This document shows, piece by piece, positions 50,079 to 61,833 of a DNA stretch of 64,000 bases. The stretch covers positions 7,812,001 to 7,876,000 of the forward strand of contig OZ176051.1 of the NCBI GenBank assembly GCA_964247055.1. Reading direction: 5' to 3'. Source of the stretch: Paragordius varius. Lineage: Eukaryota > Animalia > Nematomorpha. Both the position numbers and the translations under genes were made by a program. The notes under the pieces are model-generated. The model saw nothing but the letters and a program-made list of their open reading frames with translations. It did not search any database and had not been told where the DNA came from. Every line of letters begins with the position of its first letter. The first letter of the stretch is position 1.

Positions 50079-51656
50079 CACTAGTCGACAAATTTGGACA
50101 TTTTTAAGCACCATCACTCAAAATTTTTAAATTATGACTAATTTCAGTGTTTTAAAACCGAATTTGAAAAAATTTTTGATTCCGCCAATCAGAATTTTGA
50201 AATTTTATAGGTTTTTCAATTTTTCAAAAACAAGAGAAAATCGAGAGAAAATTAAATATAACTTTATAATAAAATGTTATTATATTATAAACTTAATATC
50301 ATTTATTAAAGAGTTTTAAACTCTATCTTTTGAATATAAATTTGTCATTTAAATATCAGAGAGAAAAAATAGTACCGACTTAAACGTCAAAATTTAGTCT
50401 TTTTTTTCAAGTGAATTTTTAAATATAAATTTTTTTTAAAAAAATACTAAAAAAGGCATTCTATGGTTTAAACCTTCGGCTTTCAGATAGGCTATATATT
50501 TTTTGTTGGTTTTCGTTCTTTCGAGTACTTATTAGACTTTTTCTCTTGAGTTGGTTCTTATAAAAAATCCTTTATTTATACCTAGTGGATATACCTTATT
50601 TTTTTAAAATTATTGGTTGTTTTGTATTTTGAATTTCAGATGGATGTTGTGTAGCCACTTTTAGTAGAATTTACTGTTATGGGATTGGACCATTTGTATT
50701 TAACTAATTTATATTCAATTTAATTGTAGAATTTATCTAACTTTATTCTGTATATTGGTTAATTTGACATGTCAATTTGCCTGGATTTTGCTTGCAAGTC
50801 TCTCTTATCGGACTTTACGATTACTTATTGTTATCTTTGCCACATCTGGCATAATTATAGGATCGCTTGGGGGATATGCAGAGCTTGTGCAGCCGCCCGG
50901 ATCTATCACACTATACATAAGCCCCTTTTAGATTTTTAATACTTTGGCTCTTAACTTGTTTAGTATCTTAATTAATGCCTAGAATTTTGTTATTCATGCA
51001 TGGAATATTACTTGTATCGACTTGTTCGTTTGAATATTTAAACATATGCACACGAGGAATGATTGTTATTTTTAAATTAAATACAAATTTAAAAATTAAA
51101 TTTCGGAAAAATCCTAATGGTGGCCTCAATTTTCTTTTGGCCTTTCTATGCCATTAGGTATCAGAAAATGCAAAAATAATGGGGTGGTGCAAAACCTTGG
51201 TGAGCAGTGATATCCATTAAGTATAATTGACAGGATTTTGTAAAAATCAACCAAAGAGAAAAACTCTAATAAGTACTAAAAATACCATAAACAAAATAAA
51301 TATAGCCTATCTGAAAGCCGAATGTTTAAACCACAAAATGCCTTTTTTAGTATTTTTTAATATAATTATATATGTGTTTAGTATTAGCTTATAAAACACT
51401 AAATTTTAACGTTTATACTTGTACTATTTTTTTTCCCCTAATATTTAAATGACCTTTTTTAGTTTGCTTTATTAAATGGCACTAATTTTATAATAAATTA
51501 TTTTCGGTCTATTTTCTCTTTTATTGAAAATCCTGTAATATGTCAAAATTCTGATTGGGGGGGGGGGTATCGAGATTCGGTTTTAGAACACTGAAATTAG
51601 TTAAAAAATAAAGTTTTGAGTGGTGGTGCTAAAAAGTCCAAACTTGTCGACTAGTG
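50079..51656. mobile_element. Non-autonomous TIR element with very long (~450-510 bp) inverted repeats, TA target (Tc1/mariner-type)
   Basis: TA|CACTAGTCGACAAATTTGGAC ... GTCCAAACTTGTCGACTAGTG|TA; the arms 50079-50590 and ~51212-51656 align as reverse complements. Confidence 0.85.
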
Positions 51657-51779
51657 TATTTAAATCATTTATTTGTGGTGATAACGTTGTGTATTAACTG
51701 TTCTACCAGTTTTTAAAAGTATGTAACACAGATAACTCTCTGAGGGCACGGTTTTCTTTAAGCCGATTTTAATGTGATA

Positions 51780-52350
51780 AACCGGCTTTGCAAGAAAGTT
51801 ATGGTTTTTTCACTTAGGATTTACGAAATAGAGCCATTTTACATCAACTGTCCCAATTCGATGCAAAAATAATTTTTTGTAACGTTGTAGCAGGGACTCA
51901 AGTCACTAACTATTTTTGATTCGTTGATTCAAAATGCGTAGAACTCATTAGGTTATTGTTCTGAAAAATTGGGTGGGACGCATTTGTGGATATTGGTCTT
52001 TCCAATTGATTGTTCCATTATAATATTGTTGTGATGCATGTAATGCTTCTGCAATAAGTTGAGTGATCATTCAATAACTCTTGCAATTCCTTCACACTTG
52101 TGTTGTCTAACAAAGCGCCTACCATCTTTCACATGAAATCACAAATTTTCGAATCAGCGTTGGACAGAGCATGTTCACCATATGTTTCTCCCAACAAAGA
52201 CAACCTTTTTTCTTATGGCAATGATCTGCGTCCTTTTCCTGACGTCTTCTCTCAATCAAACCGGTCTAATTTATGACTACACCTAGATATGATGATATTG
52301 AGCATGGTGTTATGACATTGTGCGACACGAAAACACCGCCTAACAATAAA
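51780..52350 (-). mobile_element. Degenerate, internally deleted Mos1-like mariner transposase relic
   Basis: Minus-strand pieces GETYGEHAL, ELQELLNDHST and LLQRYK..LFLHRIGTVDVKWLYFVNPK (cf. mariner FLHRIVTGDEKW.YFVNPK). Confidence 0.85.
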
Positions 52351-52779
52351 AAAAAATTTCCACTAACGATATACCAGGATACAAGCTGCCAAAAACATTA
52401 AAAACAATAGCGCAAATTTTGAGGTCTTATAAGGACAAGGTGACAAAAAAATATATATATTTTATCATGAAAAATTCCTTATAATCGTACAAATTAGCAA
52501 GAAGATCTGGAACAAACAGCTAAAATTTGTCGTACAGTGTAATTAGTCTTTATTTAAACAGTATACCAATATTTTCAGTTTTTTTCATAAACAATTTAAT
52601 TTCATTATGCACTTTGACTACATAAACTATACTTGCAAATATTAAATTAATAATGACTTAAATAAAGAGTTAATCGTTGAATACAAGACATAATATGCTA
52701 ATAAAGTAAGAAAAAATAATAGAAAATGAGAATAAATAGTATGCGTTTTGATGATTTACAATGATATGATATGCCACGT

Positions 52780-55700
52780 CTATTTGTTCACAACATCAAA
52801 AATGACGCCCGATTTGGTTAGATTCTCAATCAAATTCGTGTTTTGGAAAGCAACACCGGTTGTAAGCACACCACCACTATTTTTTTAGTATAAATTTTAT
52901 CATTTAAACAAAAAAAAAGTTTAAAAATGATTAGTTTATATTAGTTGAATTGTTATAACAATAATATACACTTACGGTTGAGGGAGTTTAGATCGTTCGT
53001 TTAACAAGGTAAGTGCGACATGGGTAGCGCATAAAGCTGTGGTTTTATAGGCATCTATAAATAAAATTTGATATAAATAAAAGTAGAGTAAAAACTGAAA
53101 TTATCCGGAGAAAACGTAAAGATATAAAGACAAATATTTTTTTCTGAAAGACAACCATACTTTTTTAAATCTAAATTTTTCATAAATAAAATATTTATTT
53201 ACAATCATAAATCATATAATTAAATGTGTTACCAATATATATATATATATATACATACATCCACTCCATGCTTTGCAATTTTTAACTATTATTTTTGAAA
53301 ATTCGAGATATAAAAAGTGTGGCTTTTAGAAAAAATATTTGTTATCCGTATAATTTCAATTTTTACTGTAATCAACGAATACAAATTAAAACGAAATATA
53401 TAAATTATAAAATATTAATAGAATAATACGTTATTCAATAATTTATCAAATTTATACCTGGCCCTGCAACTACGACAGTAATATTACCATCTGGCGGAGA
53501 ATTGGGTTGTAAAAGTGGATCATTTTTGATTTCTGGGTGTTTTGCATAAGTATATCCTTGGCCTACAGTAAAAATATAATATCGATTGACTGAAAGTTGC
53601 CATTACGAATAATTTCAACTATTATTGAAAGTATTTAAAAATTTTTTGACAAAAATGTTAAAAATAGAAAAGCTGGCAAACGTATTAATTTTTATCCATT
53701 CGCATCAACAGGCCTAAATAAATTAAAAGTGCTTTGGGGGTAGATATCCACGATATTTTTTTTACCATTACATGAATTACCAAAATAAGTGGCAAACTAC
53801 ATTAAATAGTATAATGCACTTTCCAGAAAAAATAACGATTAAATGTCCACCTAACGCAGAAAACTCATTAATATACTTTTTAAAATTTTATTTCTATACA
53901 TTAATATATAGTTGTAACTGTATTCTTTAACATAATATAAATTAATATATATTAATTATTATGGTCAAAAAAATAGTCTAGAAAGGTAAGGAGTTATAAG
54001 GAACTTAACTTTTATTTAATACCAAAAAGTGTACAAACTTATTTGGTAATAAGCACCTCTAAAAATTAATTACCAATCTTTTATATTATAACTAAAAACA
54101 TAAAATTTATACCTTGCATAATCCATCCAATTTTTTTCCTATTCAGATCATCTCTGGATGGTTGTGAATTAGGATCTACATATCCTCCCGTAAAATACTG
54201 AGGATACTGTATAAACAACAAATTAATTAATATAAATTATGTATATGTTAGGATAATTTTTCAGTTGAAAGACGAAAATTCTGTATAATGCGATTTCCAT
54301 TTAATTTAATTTAAATATTCAAAAGAGCTAAAAAAAATAAATGGATATTTTTAGATACACCATACCTTTTTCAAAATTTCTCTGGTGAAATTCAAGCGAG
54401 TCATGAGAAAAATAACGGCTCCTACAACGATAGTTACCAAGGCATTAATCAACGATGATACTTTAAAGTAAGGACGAAATTGAATCTAAATTACAATATA
54501 ATATAGTGATAAATATAAGTAAAGAGGAATTAATTTTCCTTATAAAAATCTCAAAATAATTATAACCGGTCGTTTATGTTCCTTTTCGTAAAAGTAATAT
54601 TGAGTTCTCGTCACAACCGATTTATCAGTCCCGGGAAACGGGACACACCATCCATCCCCATTACCTATGTAATCATAATAGGTAATATTTAAAATGTTAG
54701 AGCTAAAAATATATAAAGGAAAGAATGTGGTCTTTTATATTGTTAACCTGCTATTAAAAATGTAAAAGTTAGAGAGCTTTATGCCCTAGCGAATATGATT
54801 TGGACTATACAAAGATTGACCCTGATAAAAACCTCGTGTATCAAGCGTATATTATTGTTTAATAAATTATAAACAGTTTTTAACCACCTAAAATTGCGGT
54901 TTTATTAAAAATATTTAACTTATAATATAATACATTATGAGTCTTATGATCAAATCATATACTATTTTACAAATCTTCACCATAGAATTTAAAAACATTG
55001 AACATTTCAAATTTAACCTCGAACATTTCTATCACCCTTAAACATTATACACTTTCAAATATATTTATTTTGAACATAAAAAATTACAAAAAAAATCATA
55101 TTTTTAAAATTTTGTTGAAACATACAGTATAAATTAAAAATTATGGCCGAAAAAATGTCATATAATAGATGAGTTATATTAGCCCAAAACATATATTTTA
55201 ACTTTAGCGTGAATTTCAATTGTTGGAGGATGGATTCGAGGAGTAAATGTAGTTTAAACCGCAAACTAAAAACCAACTTCAAATACATAAAATTTGTATA
55301 TAACAGAACTGGATATGGCTTGAAACTAACCCGTTTGGAGTTTGGTTTTACAAAAACTACCGTTGTTTTAATTCTAATTTTTTACATTCTAATTTAAAGT
55401 AATACTCAATCAAATTTACATTCCTCAAAGACTAACCTAACTTGCGTTTAGTTCTATAATATAAAATTATATTAAAGTAATAAAAGCGATATTACTTTTG
55501 TGATGTTTTTCATCTGGGGGGAATGGAGGCAATCCTTGAGACTTAAAAATAATTGGATGATCCATCATAGGATACTGTTTATTAAACGGTAAACGTTGAG
55601 GCATCAATTTTTGTCTAACTTCCTTAAGTTGCCCATAATTGGAAAACCCCATGATTGCCGATAAAAAGGTGGCATAATTTATGGAAGGATGCTACAGTTA

Positions 55701-56922
55701 AAAAAAAGAAAATGGACGGTTTTTAGTAAATAAGATAATAATTTACTACAGCTCGTAATTTATAAATGGACAAAAAATCAAATTCGCTTCTGATATTAAG
55801 TCAGAAAGTATTTTTTAGGTCCATATATAAACAATTTTTTTTAAAAATAATTTATATATTTAATCAAAATTTTTTTAAAATAAACCTATATTTAATAAGA
55901 GTATAAACTTGCAATAATATATGACCTAAAGATTCAGCATTTTCTGTAAATTTAATTATTTTTTAGATATTTTAACCGTGTGAAATACAAAATTTCGATA
56001 AATATTTTGATGAATCTAAGCGAAAAATAGATATTTGACAAATCAAATTTAATATTCAATTTCGTTTGATGTTTTTAGTAAAAGTTAGTTTATTTAATAT
56101 CTAAATAATACAGTGCCAAATTAATTTTTATTACTTTATACTAATCTTGTTGACACCTTAAAAAACATTGTTTAATATTCCCGTAATAAGCTTAAAAAAA
56201 AAATTTTATAAAAAAATATATTCTACTGTATCCTTAATGGCAGTTGACTTTTGTTCACAATACGCCTCTATACGATCTAATTGACCTAATTATATTAAAA
56301 AAAATTAAAATACAAACACGTTTAATATTTTTATAAAAGTAAAATATACCATCAAATTGTTTTTGAGCATATAAAACGCCCATGTCGGCCAAAACGGAAT
56401 CAAACCCAGCGGCACCAATTATGGCTACTTTAGATTCCAAAGCTTGTTGATTGTATTTTAACTGATTTTTTTCCAAAACCTTAAATATTATTTCGTAAAA
56501 TAGAGATACTATACCAAAGTTTCTCCACATAAATCAATATAATCGGTTCCATTTTCGATACACGCTTTAACCACCGGTTCGCCATAAAAAAGGTACTAAC
56601 GATATTATAATTTAACAAACCGGTCCAACACAATTTATGAGTAGACGAGTATCCGAACAAACTTCTTTCAATGATTTCTCATCCTTAACATCCGCATATA
56701 AAACTGGAATATCCTTAAGGTCAATACCTTTTAATTTAATGTAAAGTAACCTGTATTATTTGATGCGGTTGTAAGAGCTTCGTGCAATTTTGTTTTATTC
56801 CTGCCAGAAACAGCCCATTTCATCGGCGGTTTTTCAGCCTTGGCTAATTCTTCAATTATGAAAACTGCGGAAAAGCCACTTGCACCAAATATTACTATGT
56901 CAAATTTTTTTGTCGTATTCAT
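52780..56922 (-). CDS. SCCPDH: Saccharopine dehydrogenase-like oxidoreductase, 445 aa; exons 56922-56751, 56727-56621, 56595-56515, 56479-56350, 56285-56227, 55691-55496, 54664-54567, 54485-54366, 54206-54113, 53562-53458, 53054-52976, 52876-52780
   Basis: FDIVIFGASGFSA, WAVSGRNKTKL, LINCVGP/YLFYGEPVVKACIENGTDYIDLCGE, GAAGFDSVLADMG, VPFPGTDKSVVTRTQ, MQGQGY, VAGPDAYKTT, P/GGVLTTGVAF; exon sum 1338 nt. Confidence 0.93.
53086..53368. mobile_element. Tc1-like MITE family K in SCCPDH intron 10 (relatives near 4120, 24074, 60116)
   Basis: TA|GAGTAAAAACTGAAATTATCCGGA ... TCCGTATAATTTCAATTTTTACTG|TA. Confidence 0.75.
54990..55260. mobile_element. Degenerate MITE family F copy in SCCPDH intron 6
   Basis: Shares the ATCACCCTTAAAC and GAGTTATATTAG...GTGAATTTCAATTGTT blocks with 18858-19137. 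Confidence 0.55.
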
Positions 56923-56992
56923 CAATTATGCAAATTTTAAATATTTGGTCAGGTGTAAAACGTTTAAGTTATGTAGTAGAAAAATAATTTAA

Positions 56993-57430
56993 CACTTGGA
57001 TACAACATATTCATTTTAGTCCTTCGATTCAAATTGGGGTAGTTAAATACCCCAGACCTGTTTAAAATTAAATTCTCTAAAAAATATGGAAGGAATCAAA
57101 GCCATGGCAAAGTTTTGCATTTGTAATACATTAATAAACCGAAATATATAAAAAAAAATTCAAAAATACTTTATATTACTTATTTTAAGGAAAAACCGAA
57201 AGGTAAAAAATTAGTCAACGTGACATGTGTGCAATGGTAAAATTGAAAAATACAAAATATACCGCTCTTTCTATTTCTATCAATGTTTGATATAATTTAA
57301 ATAAAAAATTAGCTTTAATTTTACCCTTAAAATTAAATGAAGATGATATTTTGCAGAAAATTTGTAAAATAAAATGGCGTAGAAATAGTTTGACATGGAA
57401 CTTTTTTATCAAAACAAAATTTTATTTAGA
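56993..57430 (+). mobile_element. MITE family A, 3'-truncated copy 70 bp upstream of the SCCPDH ATG
   Basis: TTAA|CACTTGGATACAAC start; colinear with 41395-41947 until about 57430. Confidence 0.85.
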
Positions 57431-58207
57431 ATGTTTTATTAAATTTTTTGTAAGATATTATAAAGTGCAAATTATTGGGGAAAAAATTTACTTAATAAAT
57501 ATATCCGATAATTCTGCGGAAAAATTGGGTAAATATCCTGATCAGGATCCTTCTGATGCTTTTGGTTTTGGGGCTAGCAATACAAGAAAGATTTATGTAT
57601 GCAAAAATCGTCGCTATCGTAAAAGCGGAAAATTAGTTCATATAAAATATTTTTGGTAAAAGATAATGCTTTATTCCAAAAAACATTACTAAAATACATT
57701 ATACACTGCTGAAAAATCCTTCGTATAGCCTAATGATATATATATTTATTCTGATAGAAAAGGATATCAGGATATCATGATGCCTTTGATTTAAGCCCTT
57801 ACGAGTGATAAAGATAGTTATGAACCCTTTTGTAATAACTGTATTAGAAAATTATCTACGAACTTTTTGCTAAATAAAAATTTTTCGATGAAAGCTTGGT
57901 TTATTGCCAATATCACTAAAATATATCATGAATCGGTATAACAACAAAAATATTGTAAAACTCTGAATTTCGTATGGGGCCCTCCGAAAGTTGGACACTA
58001 AATGTTCTTAATTTAAATGCAAAATGCCAATACTGTCCGACAAAAATTATGTATCAGTGCCAATTAAAATTTTTTTAAAAATGGAGAATGTCCGTTAAAA
58101 CTAAATATATAGCAAAACTTTGATTAAGCGAGATCTAAGGTAGCTTATTGAATCAATGATAAATATTTATATTGCCTCAGACTTTTAATTTTTGTCCACA
58201 AATACTA

Positions 58208-58209
58208 GT

Positions 58210-58236
<27 letters not shown>
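58208..58236. repeat. (AT)n microsatellite (another at about 58884-58909)
   Basis: Pure AT runs. Confidence 0.95.
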
Positions 58237-58242
<6 letters not shown>

Positions 58243-59088
58243 GTATAGAAAATCTAACGTTTGAAAAGATCCCTTATAATTTTCATCAACAACAAAGGTG
58301 ATAAAGCTATCATTATTATAACAAAAGATCATATTTATATAATAATTTACCATAAAAGGTTATTTTTACCCAGCCGATTATTTTTTTATCTCCTAGCAAA
58401 ATTACATCAATTTTATGGCGTGTAAAATTATTAGCGGAACTTGCTCTGTTTAAGTTTGTACAATAATAGATATTTGGTAAAAAATAAATAGGTTTTGGGG
58501 CTGTTTTCATTTATAAATGTGAGAAACAGTAAGACTTTTATTTTTATAGGGTTACATAAAAGTTATATATAGATACACATTTGTTAATATTACAACTGGA
58601 GGCCAACATGATGTTTGGATGCCAAATATAAAAAATTATTATCAAAAGTCAACCCGACCCCCGACGCAATTAGACGGCTGTCACTGACTCACCATTAACT
58701 GGTGTATGGAAGGGCAGCAAGGGACGTCTTTTGTGGACAGTGGCGACGTGGGTCTGCCAAACAAACAATAATGTCCCCTCCGAAGCGCAGGTTATGTACG
58801 GTATTTTTTTAATTATTTCTAATAAGCAAATTTAATAACACTTACTTAAAGTAAAAAAATAAATCATAAAATATTTTATTACATATATATATATATATAT
58901 ATATATATAAACATGGATCATAAAAATTTCATTAGAAAAAGTTTTAAAATATTTTTTCCCAATGCTTATATAGCTCGTATTGTGACAATTGGTTCACCAA
59001 TTGTACAAAGGGGTGTACCCCGCGCTATTGTCATTGTCATGTGTTTTATTTAATTAATTTTTACATAAAAATAATTAATTAGGGCTTG

Positions 59089-60766
59089 TTAAGCGCTAAA
59101 AAAAGCGCTTCTTAAACGTTTTTCCGCGCATACAAGAATGAGAATGTAGGCCAAAGATATTATTTCCAGTAAATCACATATCCAATGATACAGATTTTCA
59201 TATGAACAGTCCCCTTCACTTTTTTCACGTAAAGCCTTACATTGTATCAGATATACAATATCGTATACTGTGTTAGGCGATAAAAGTATAAAATGAACGA
59301 TTAGTATAACGATCATCTTTGAAGTGTAGGGAAATAATTTAGCGACTTTATTTTGATTTATGGATAGGGAACTTCTTGTAGACATTCCACTCATAACAAT
59401 TGAAATGGGATTAATATATAGATTTACATCTGGTAGGGTAAATACATTGACTGAATTAAATTTAACACGGTTATTTCTCTTCCTATATCTCGTACGCATT
59501 AATAAAGCATGGACCCAATGATACAGCATTATTCCCAATATTATGAACGGAATGGTCAATAATAAAATTTTTAAAGACACCTGGTAATAAAGTTGACGAA
59601 CGGATAATTCATGAAAAGTATACACAGTACAATACGTAGAAACTACCGTGTAAGGTCTCATTATTTCCAAAATTTTGTTTCGGGCGCCTACGCTTGCAAT
59701 GAGAGTTGGATTGTAAGTTACCTTAACTATCTTAATATCATGAATGGACAGAATTAGGGATAGAATTAAAAGTATGGCTGGCATAAAGCGGTACCAAAGT
59801 TGCTGCCTTATTTTTTCCATCCGCTCTTGGAGTTGCATGTAACCGCAAATGTCCAGATAGTATACACACGTTATCATTATCAATAGCAATACACTAGATT
59901 GTAGTAATGTGAAATGTATTTGTGACATAACCTGCCATCACCCAAAATACAATAAATATATCAATTAATAATGTAATGTTGAAACGAAATAGTTTAAAAT
60001 GAATTTTATAAAAAGGTCATTCTAGTTCTAACGCAAGCAATATCGCGTTAAATAAATTAACCATATAAAGATAGTCTTTAAAAAATCATTAGCCCATTTA
60101 ATTTAGAACACTTTACAGTAAAAATTGAAATTATACGTACAAAATGTAAAAATATAAAGACATTATTCAAAAGACAACCACATTTTTTTAAACCATAATT
60201 TATCCTATAAAAAACAATTAATTACAATCATAATATACACAATTGATTGTGTTACCAATTTACATTTCTATATTATAATTTGTAGTTTAAAACAATGAGC
60301 TATATTTAAAAATTCAAGATTAAAAAAAGTATGGTTGTCTTTTTAAAAATTTTCTCTATATTTTCACGTTTTGTCCGTATAATTTCTTGTTAAAATATTC
60401 ATTAAAATAAATTCATCATGATTATCTCTCTTTTGTTAAATTTAATCTTAAGTTACACTAAAATATAGGAAAAAATTTGGTGTAACTTATACAAATCTAA
60501 CATGCTTTATATCGCCAACTAACCTGTATAAATCGGCACACGCTTATAGAAGGACGAAACTTTAGAGCATCCGTTACTAGGGACCAAGCGGAAATGGTAG
60601 CATAAATTATGTTGGATATAGCGACCCATTTTAGAAAATAATACGCATTTTTTCCGTTCAATCTATGGTTAATGATCCATATTAAACGTGAATTCAACAC
60701 AAGGCCAAATAGGACAAATAATACAAAAACTAAATCATATATAACTCCACGGGATGCAGAAACCAT
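59089..60766 (-). CDS. Divergent rhodopsin-like 7TM receptor (orphan GPCR), 361 aa; exons 60766-60524 and 59931-59089
   Basis: Seven hydrophobic segments with class-A spacing: TM1 VLFVLFGLVLN, TM2 FLKWVAISNIIY, Cys before TM3 (SVCRFIQ/VMSQIHF), long basic ICL3, TM6 IVHFILLSPNTVY, TM7 followed by helix-8-like KRLRSAF. Phase-0 GT-AG intron of 592 nt. Confidence 0.8.
60116..60390. mobile_element. MITE family K copy in the GPCR intron
   Basis: TA|CAGTAAAAATTGAAATTATACGTAC ... GTCCGTATAATTTC. Confidence 0.7.
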
Positions 60767-61833
60767 AATAGTAATTTTAAGTTAGGAAAAAATGTTATAT
60801 TTATATCGTTTGTAACAAAAAAAATATTTATGCCCCAATATGGATTGATAGATTGATGCATACTTTGTTAAATTAAAAATTGTAATTATTTAAATTGTAT
60901 ATTAATTAAAATTAATTATGCAAATTGAACATTTAATTCCCATTTTACCCACATTATTTGCAAAAATGTATTTTTAATCCATTTTTAGAGATATTTAAAG
61001 ATTAATGATTTTTTGTAACACATTACAGTTATTTTTATGAGAGACTCATATTTTTTGTTCAAATGAATTTGTCTGAAATCGTTGTCGATTCCGAGTTTTT
61101 TTCAAGTAAATATATATCAATAAGATCTGTTGAAGTAGGAATATAAATATTTGTAATAAAAGGTTTGTAGATTATGTAAAGTTTCCGTTCAATACATTTT
61201 ACAGCTAAAGCGCTTTCTTTTCCCTTCTATTTTTGCCTTGCCATTATATAATTATTCAAATTTGGAATATTTATATAACCGTGGGTGTGAAAAAGGATAT
61301 ATAGCGATTTAAATAAAATGGCACTGGTTCTATAAAATTAGTTGAATAAAATAATAGATAAGTTTAAGTACTTATCTTTTTGTTAACTCGGTTAAATTCG
61401 CTAAAAGATATTTGAAAATTTAGCTTACACTTTCTTCGGAATATTTATAATATCAATTAATATAATTTAGCTTGCTTAATGTCGAATAAAATTTTGATTG
61501 GGTCTACCTAACAAAAATATTTATTTAAAAAAAAATTAATAATTATTATATTAACCCTCATAAAAGATCGAAAACCACTATTTTTGCCAAAATACAGTCT
61601 ACTTCAGGGACAATATCTTGTTATGATTATATAATCCAGTATTTTCATGGTATTTTTAATTTGATTTAATACGACGTTTCAATCTTCTACCTATTTTAAT
61701 ACAAATAATATAAATAAAAATATCTAAAAATATTGTTTAAAAAGATATGTTCGACGCATTTATTACAACATATTTCAAAATACTCTTTATGAAAATCACG
61801 TTTAACACTTTGATTTAAAGTGAGTATCTAAAT

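Noticed and set aside
57351-57659. 102-aa ORF and 14-bp palindrome ATCCTGATCAGGAT
   Set aside because: The first third lies in a MITE, with no convincing start, splice context or homology; a single 14-bp palindrome is weak evidence.
58685-58687. In-frame TGA in CH*LTINWC as possible selenocysteine, and the 58983-59039 hairpins as a SECIS
   Set aside because: No selenoprotein homology is apparent, and the hairpins lack the AUGA/GA quartet and AA apical loop.
61802-61822. TTAACACTTTGATTTAAAGTG as a minimal family-A MITE or excision footprint
   Set aside because: Too short and lacks the closing TTAA; chance in AT-rich DNA is likely.
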